Shown here piece after piece: positions 58,586 to 64,000 of a stretch of 64,000 nucleotides of DNA (its first letter is position 1; each line of letters opens with the position of its first letter). The notes beneath the pieces are model-generated. The model worked only from the letters and a program-made list of their open reading frames with translations. It did not search any database and was not told the origin of the DNA. The position numbers and the translations under genes are program-made. The DNA comes from Candidatus Multivoradales bacterium. Lineage in GTDB: Bacteria > Acidobacteriota > Thermoanaerobaculia > Multivoradales > J023. Location: positions 1,184,001 to 1,248,000 of the forward strand of contig CBDFLE010000006.1 in NCBI GenBank assembly GCA_965248925.1, in the 5' to 3' direction.

Positions 58586-58692
58586 GAAGTCCAGAGCGCG
58601 AGGAGTCCAGAGCAGATCTCCGGATCCGCCTTCCAGGTGCGTCTTGACGAGTGCGGCCCGTGGTCCAGCTTGATCCGACTCGCTTGATCAGC
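58457..58692 (+). repeat. Diverged copy of 55814-56050 (vapC 3' end, intergenic, thioesterase 5' end)
   Basis: Colinear matches such as TGATCATCGC, TTGCACGTCGACAA, GAGCAGATCT, AGGTGCG..GACGAGTGCG and TGATCAGC. Confidence 0.82.
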
Positions 58693-59055
58693 CGGCGCCG
58701 TTCGGGGTGCGGTGGGCGAGGTAGATCAGCACGTCATATGCACCGGAATCTGTGCGTGGCAGGGCCAGCAGGGTGGTGGCGGTCTCGATCAGATCGGTGG
58801 GTATCTCCAGCAGCGGATTGCCATCCGCCGCATCGAGGCGCAGATCGGGCACTCCGAGCAACGCTCCGAGATGTCGTCCGGCTGGGTGAGTTCCGCCGGC
58901 GGCAGGCCGTGGGGGTTGACCTCGTCGCTGACGATCAGGATGCGCAGCGGCAGGTGCGGTGCCAGCAGCTGGGCAGAGGCGCTCAGCGGCAGCAAGCCAA
59001 ACCAGAGCACGAGCAGGAGATTCCGGCGGCAACTTGGAGCATCGAACATAGCCAT
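58688..59055 (-). pseudogene. Frameshifted, truncated secreted-protein gene
   Basis: Signal peptide and LRILIVSDEVNPHGL in one frame. Plausible continuation GALLGVPDL...YDVLIYLAHR in another frame, ending at the duplicated segment. Confidence 0.5.
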
Positions 59056-59112
59056 CCGGCTATTCTCGCTCAGCGGCGGTGCAGAGGCGAGGCTCAGAGC
59101 CTCACGGCAGGC

Positions 59113-59997
59113 TCAAGACAGGTCGGAGCCGCGCAGGGTACGCAGCTCGTGGCGTGTTCGGCGGCGTTTGAGCTCGATGACCGTGAAAACGCTGATTGGC
59201 CCCAGGATCACCGCGATCAACCCCAGGGGATGGATTACATAAAAGGGCTGGCCTTGCATCCAGGCGATTCCACAGCCGATCGCCAGGATCAGCGAGAGGA
59301 GCATCGCCAGGCGGCCGGCGGAGATCACCAGGCTGAAGAAACGTGGCTTCGTCGAAAGCACGCCGAGCAGAGCGCCCAGCACCCCGAGAGCGGCACCGAC
59401 CAGCCCGCCAACCCGGTTGCCGGTGGGCCGAGCCCACCATGCTCCGGCAGCCCCACCGCCGCCACCGGAAGCTGCCGAGTCGTGAAGGCGCAGGTTGCTC
59501 AGATAGACCGTGCCGCCGGCGGGCAGAAAAAGGTTGAGCTGCAGCCGAACCGGCCGCTGCTCGCCGCCGACCATCCTGAAGGGCAGCTGAAACTCCCGCC
59601 AGTCAGCAGAGCCGTTCAAATTCCCCATCGCCCCCCGCTCGGCCAGGGTGCGGGAGAAGTACTGCTGCTCGCCGGCAAAGACGCTGAACATCTCCAGATA
59701 GCCGATGCCCGTTACGTCCTGGTAGCGCACCCGGCCGCGAATCGAGAAGCGGTCGCCGACGATGGCGGGATCCCGCACCGTCAACAAGGGCAAAGTGACC
59801 GCCTCTCCCAGAGGGACGCTGAGCTCGAGAACCCTGCCCTCGCTGGGGTCAGTGGCCAGACGGCCCGCGCTCAGCTGCCCCGCGGCCGCCAGCTCAATCC
59901 ACGAGAAGGAGCGCTCGTCGGCCAGCGTCGAGGCGGCCATCAACAGGGCGAGCAAGGAGCAGGTTAACGGTGCGTTGGCGGCGGCTCGTTTCATCAT
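59113..59997 (-). CDS. Hypothetical membrane protein (signal peptide, beta-sandwich domain, three TMs)
   Basis: GYLEM...F..YFSRTL..G.M..L.GS.DW..F.LPF domain and C-terminal TMs. ATGA coupling to the upstream gene. Confidence 0.65.
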   Translation of the reverse strand: MMKRAAANAPLTCSLLALLMAASTLADERSFSWIELAAAGQLSAGRLATDPSEGRVLELSVPLGEAVTLPLLTVRDPAIVGDRFSIRGRVRYQDVTGIGYLEMFSVFAGEQQYFSRTLAERGAMGNLNGSADWREFQLPFRMVGGEQRPVRLQLNLFLPAGGTVYLSNLRLHDSAASGGGGGAAGAWWARPTGNRVGGLVGAALGVLGALLGVLSTKPRFFSLVISAGRLAMLLSLILAIGCGIAWMQGQPFYVIHPLGLIAVILGPISVFTVIELKRRRTRHELRTLRGSDLS

Positions 59998-60299
59998 TCG
60001 ATCTCCATCTCCTCGCGGTGGGCAGCGAGCAGAGCCTTCAGCGTCGCCAAGTCGATCGCCCGGTCGGCGTAACGCTTGCGCAGCTCACGCTCCAACGGCC
60101 CCATCCGCCGGTGTTCTTGCAGCAGCTCGATCTTCTGGATCAACCGATCGAGGCGTAGACGAACCGTCGGATAGCTGATGCCGTACAACTTGGCCGTCTC
60201 CTTGAGCGAGCCGGAACTCAGCACGAAGCGCTTGAGAAAGGCCAGATCCTCGTCACTGAGCTGATCCACCCACCGGCTACCTGCTGCCACTACTTCCAT
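59994..60299 (-). CDS. DUF2089-like HTH protein
   Basis: LSDEDLAFLKRFVLSSGSLKE.AKLYGISYPTVRLRLDRLI. Confidence 0.85.
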   Translation of the reverse strand: MEVVAAGSRWVDQLSDEDLAFLKRFVLSSGSLKETAKLYGISYPTVRLRLDRLIQKIELLQEHRRMGPLERELRKRYADRAIDLATLKALLAAHREEMEIE

Positions 60300-60446
60300 C
60301 GCGGTCGTGTTCTCCTCTGCCGAGATATATCCTTCGAGCCCAAATCAGGCGATTCGTACAATATTTAACTATCTTACACTAGTTCTGAGTTTTTCTAAAC
60401 TCAAAACTAAAATCTATCTCAGTTTTTCTAAGAAAAGTGACACGCT

Positions 60447-62489
60447 CTACTCGCCCACCAACCCCGACAGCACCCGATTGAGACGCTCGGCGCTTCGCCC
60501 ACCACCGGCGGTGGGTGAACCGTCCAAAGTGTCGAGGTCGCTCTGGGTGAGGTCGACCCGAGGAGCAAAAGCCATGCGGTGCAACTCGGCGGCCAGCCGA
60601 CGAGGCAGCGAGTCGGCGGTGTCGCCAGCCCGGGGACGGACCTCGGCACAGCTCAACACCGAGTCCTCGGGTCCCAGCAGGCAGGCCCGCCCCCCTGCCC
60701 CGTCACTGTCGACCTCGACGGCGAAACCCGAATTTGCGCGACGAAAACGGGGAGAACCTCGCAGCAAAGCCACTGCTTTTCTAGCTAAGGGCGAGTCACT
60801 GCTGCGAAACACCGTCGGCAAGCGCAGGCCCAGGCGGCGCACGGTTCCCGGATCGGCTTGCATGGCCAGATCGAAGAGGGCCAGGGAGCGCTTGGCATCA
60901 CCGTCGCGGCGAGCCGCTTCCCCACCCACCGCCGCCACCCGCGCCCGCAGCAACAGCTCGCTACTGGGCAACTCGGCCAGTGCCAACTCGGCGGCGCGCC
61001 AGGCTGCCCGCCAACCGCCCTGGTGATAGGCGATCTCGGCGGCTTGAGCGTCGAAGTAACCGCTGGCACCTTCGAGGTCCTCCTCGCTCCGCGCTCGACT
61101 GAGAGCCGCCGCCACCACCCCCGCGCCCAGCACCCCCACCAACTCCGGCCCGAGCCATTCGGGGAGTTCCACCGCACCGGCCAGATAGGGTCGCAGAGTA
61201 GCCACCAACATCCGCTCATCGGCCAGTAGCGAAGCTGCCCGACGGGCTGAGGCCCAGGCCCGCAAACGATGATGCCAACCAGCCAGCCGGGCCTTCGCCG
61301 CCGGCCGGAATTCGGCCCAGGAAGCCTCTTCGGCGGCCAGTTCGGCCGCCAGGCGCTGGGCCAGGGCATCGAGCAGCGCCGCCGCCGCTTGCATCTGCTC
61401 AGTCTCCGAGCTGGTGAAACCGGTGCGGTCGGGACGCTGCAATGTGCGGGCGGTGATCTTGGCCGCGGCGTCGGCACGCCCCGCCACCAGCATGAAGATC
61501 GCAGAGGTCATTTCGGCCTCGGCACGGTTCTGCTCGTCCATGAACGCCGGCTGGCGGCGACGCCAACGTAACATCCGCCGGAACGAGTCGAGAGCCTCTG
61601 AGGTGCGCCCCTCGGCAAGGTATAGCTGGGTGAGATCCATCCACGGATTCGACACCGTGCCGCGAGCGAAGCGGCCGGTGCCTTCGAGAATGTAGCGTTC
61701 AGCAAGATCGAACCGCAGCACCCCGAGGGCGCTCTCGGCAGCGTTGGTGTAGACCGCCGGGCCACCAAAGCTCGATTGACGGTCGTAGTGCACGGCCTGG
61801 ATGCAGGCGTCGAAAGAAGCCTGACGATCGTGCAGTTCAGCTTCAATGGCGCATAGGGCAGTAAGGGCGGTGGCGACCTGGTCGGGTTGATCGAGCAGCA
61901 GCATTCCCTCGAGGACCGCCCGCCGGGCTTCCTCGTAATGCCGCAAACGCATCAGCGGCCAAGCGCGATCCGCTGGCCATTGAGGCTGGTAGGACTGATC
62001 GTGAAGGGCCAGAAAATGGATCTTCTGCTGATGCCGCCCCATCTCGCCACTGACCTGAGCCAGCTCTCCGAGCACCGCTCCATGCCAAAACCAAGGTGCC
62101 GAGGAGTCGGGGTTGGCGCCGTACTGCTCCTCGAACAGCTCCAGGCCCCGTTGCAGATGAAAGAAAGCGCGGGGCAGATTGCCCTCGCCTCGGTGTTGGG
62201 CCATGCCGAGCAGAACATGGCCGGTGAAGGCCTCGGGATCTTCGAGCAGGATCTCCTCGGCAATCTCCCGCGCCCGTACGTAGCCACCAGCACGCACCGT
62301 CTCGAATCCTGCTTGGGCGCGCAAATCAAGCCCCAGGCCAGCGGTCTGATCGAGCAGCTCGATCGACTCCAACTCATCTTGGGCGCTACCCTTGCTGAGC
62401 GCTAGTCCGGCGACCAGCACTAGCAGCAGCACCCGGCCGGCAGAGCGCCAAGATACCGCTGGGGCGGAAAGTTGCGCGGAAAGGAACAC
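60447..62489 (-). CDS. Exported TPR-like hypothetical protein
   Basis: Signal peptide (VLLLVLVAGLALS) and helical repeats. GTG start right after the MoxR stop. Confidence 0.65.
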   Translation of the reverse strand: MFLSAQLSAPAVSWRSAGRVLLLVLVAGLALSKGSAQDELESIELLDQTAGLGLDLRAQAGFETVRAGGYVRAREIAEEILLEDPEAFTGHVLLGMAQHRGEGNLPRAFFHLQRGLELFEEQYGANPDSSAPWFWHGAVLGELAQVSGEMGRHQQKIHFLALHDQSYQPQWPADRAWPLMRLRHYEEARRAVLEGMLLLDQPDQVATALTALCAIEAELHDRQASFDACIQAVHYDRQSSFGGPAVYTNAAESALGVLRFDLAERYILEGTGRFARGTVSNPWMDLTQLYLAEGRTSEALDSFRRMLRWRRRQPAFMDEQNRAEAEMTSAIFMLVAGRADAAAKITARTLQRPDRTGFTSSETEQMQAAAALLDALAQRLAAELAAEEASWAEFRPAAKARLAGWHHRLRAWASARRAASLLADERMLVATLRPYLAGAVELPEWLGPELVGVLGAGVVAAALSRARSEEDLEGASGYFDAQAAEIAYHQGGWRAAWRAAELALAELPSSELLLRARVAAVGGEAARRDGDAKRSLALFDLAMQADPGTVRRLGLRLPTVFRSSDSPLARKAVALLRGSPRFRRANSGFAVEVDSDGAGGRACLLGPEDSVLSCAEVRPRAGDTADSLPRRLAAELHRMAFAPRVDLTQSDLDTLDGSPTAGGGRSAERLNRVLSGLVGE

Positions 62490-62490
62490 C

Positions 62491-63723
62491 TCAGCGCCGC
62501 CGCAGCGTCCCGCGAGCGAGGCGCTCAAGCGGTTGCGCCATCGCGTCGGCCAACACTTCCTCCAGTTCGGTGACCCCCGGCGCCAGGTCGAGGCGATGGC
62601 CGAACACCCGCGGCGCCAGCAGCTGAATATCGTCACTGCTCACCCAATCGCGGCCGGCGAGTGCCGCCTGCGCCTGCAACGCCGGCATTAGCAGCACCAG
62701 GCTGCGGGTCGAGTTGCCAAGCAACACCCGCTCATCGGCGCGGATGTTGCGCGAAATATCCACCAAGCATTCCCGCAATGGATCGCCCAACGCCACCCCG
62801 TCTTCAATCGCCCGCCGCGCCGCCAACACCTCCAGCCGACTCACCCGCGGCAGATCGAGACGCGCCAGGTCGCGGCGCTGGCGGTAGGTGCGCAAGACCT
62901 CGATCTCGGGTTCGCGATCGATGTGGTCCATGCGAATCTTGAACAAGAAACGGTCGAGCTGCGGCGCCGGCAAGGGATAGGTGCCAGCCAAGTCGAGCGG
63001 ATTCTGGGTGGCGATGACAAAGAAGAGGTCGTCCAAGGGATGGGTCACGTTGTCGACCGTCACCTGCTTCTCGGCCATCGCCTCGAGCATCGCCGCCTGC
63101 ACCTTGGGCGAGGTGCGATTGATCTCGTCGGCCAGCACCACATGGGCGAAGATCGGCCCGCGACGAAACTCGAAGGTATGGCGCGTGGCGTCAAAGACCG
63201 AGACGCCGGTGACATCCGAAGGCAGCAGATCCGGAGTGAACTGAATGCGCCGGAAGTTGGCGATGACCTCGTCGTCGTTCTGCGGATCGACGATCGACAA
63301 ACCCAGCGCCTTGGCCAGCGTGGTCTTGCCCGATCCAGGGAAATCTTCAAGCAGCACATGGCCATCGCTGAGCAGCGCCACCAACACCAGATCGATCACC
63401 TCGTCGCGACCCAGAACCTGGGCTCGCAAGCGAGCGCGAAGACGATTGAGAACGTCCAGAGCGAGGTCAAAGTCCTGCTCTGCTGGCACTGCTGGCACTG
63501 CTGGCGAGGCGGTCGTCAGCAGCGGCACCAGCGGCACCAGCGGCACTAGCGGCACTAGCGGCACAACCGCAACATCAGCAAGCGCCCCGGAGCTGACTTC
63601 CGCGAGATCGATCTGCATCGTCTGGGTTTGGTCGTCAGGATCACCAACGGTCGAGGATGGCATGGTCGAGGGATCTTCTAGAGGTGCCGTGGGGAGGCCA
63701 TCTTCGGGTTCGAAAGGGCTCAT
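62491..63723 (-). CDS. MoxR family AAA+ ATPase
   Basis: GHVLLEDFPGSGKT, RIQFTPDLLPSD, LADEINR, ATQNP and YPLP.PQLDRF. ATG 63723 follows GGAG. Confidence 0.93.
   Translation of the reverse strand: MSPFEPEDGLPTAPLEDPSTMPSSTVGDPDDQTQTMQIDLAEVSSGALADVAVVPLVPLVPLVPLVPLLTTASPAVPAVPAEQDFDLALDVLNRLRARLRAQVLGRDEVIDLVLVALLSDGHVLLEDFPGSGKTTLAKALGLSIVDPQNDDEVIANFRRIQFTPDLLPSDVTGVSVFDATRHTFEFRRGPIFAHVVLADEINRTSPKVQAAMLEAMAEKQVTVDNVTHPLDDLFFVIATQNPLDLAGTYPLPAPQLDRFLFKIRMDHIDREPEIEVLRTYRQRRDLARLDLPRVSRLEVLAARRAIEDGVALGDPLRECLVDISRNIRADERVLLGNSTRSLVLLMPALQAQAALAGRDWVSSDDIQLLAPRVFGHRLDLAPGVTELEEVLADAMAQPLERLARGTLRRR
63481..63564. repeat. In-frame 9-bp tandem repeats in the MoxR N-terminal extension
   Basis: TGCTGGCAC x~2.7 and AGCGGCAC(C/T) x5, encoding PAV and VPL repeats. 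Confidence 0.85.
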
Positions 63724-64000
63724 CGGATCTCCAAGATGAAACAGATGAAAGGCGGACGAGAATCTATCGGCAGTGCTGCGGGGCTCATCAGTGGACCCCC
63801 AACCAAGAGAATGGGTTGGCCAGGCCCAGTAGACGGCGCCAAGCCGGCACGCGATGGCGGAGTTGCTCACCCAACTTGCTCGACAATTGCCGCCAAGCAA
63901 CCTCAGATTCCACCCGACGGCTGCCGAAGGCGGCGGCTAAATGTCCGCCGGTCAGGTCGACAAAGGCCGGCGAAGTCGCCTCAACCCGACGGGCAAAGTG

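Noticed and set aside
58651-59967. 438-aa plus-strand ORF (and similar long shadows such as 34622-35632 and 43509-44531)
   Set aside because: Antisense to better-supported genes, Arg/Pro/Ala-rich with no motifs, as expected in high-GC DNA.

Overview
GC-rich bacterial chromosome window. The C-terminal FADDFETGDTSAWS tag, the ECF/anti-sigma/CHAT loci and the kinase-TPR locus suggest Acidobacteriota, but this is only an inference. Housekeeping-type genes lie at both ends: PhoX, ATL, EttA, AI-2E and an M16 peptidase on the left; dipeptidase, NFACT-R, a THUMP methyltransferase, an RND pump, two VapBC pairs and MoxR on the right. Two accessory blocks lie between them. (1) 12.3-22.7 kb is a decaying segment bracketed by a ~695-bp direct duplication of the M16 peptidase 3' end. 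It carries at least 13 same-strand copies of a 23-nt hairpin motif (AAATAGGTGCCAGGCACATTATG), and three of its four clusters sit where a toxin gene, a group II intron, an unknown gene and the peptidase copy are cut. It also holds a nonsense-mutated ECF sigma and a frameshifted kinase. (2) 23.4-38.2 kb is a minus-strand cluster with three clan-CD proteases (two caspase-like, one CHAT). The best candidate for a new system is the operon at 27470-33784. A cytoplasmic caspase-like protease ends in a prion/RHIM-like tail containing VHGDVNF. The same seven residues, with different synonymous codons, occur near the N-terminus of the next 988-aa degenerate STAND-like protein, which is coupled to a protein of tandem SPFH-like modules. 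This architecture resembles amyloid-motif signalling. A second module has a secreted caspase and two neighbours sharing a GAKxL motif, a candidate cleavage site. All family assignments come from motif recognition, not database searches.
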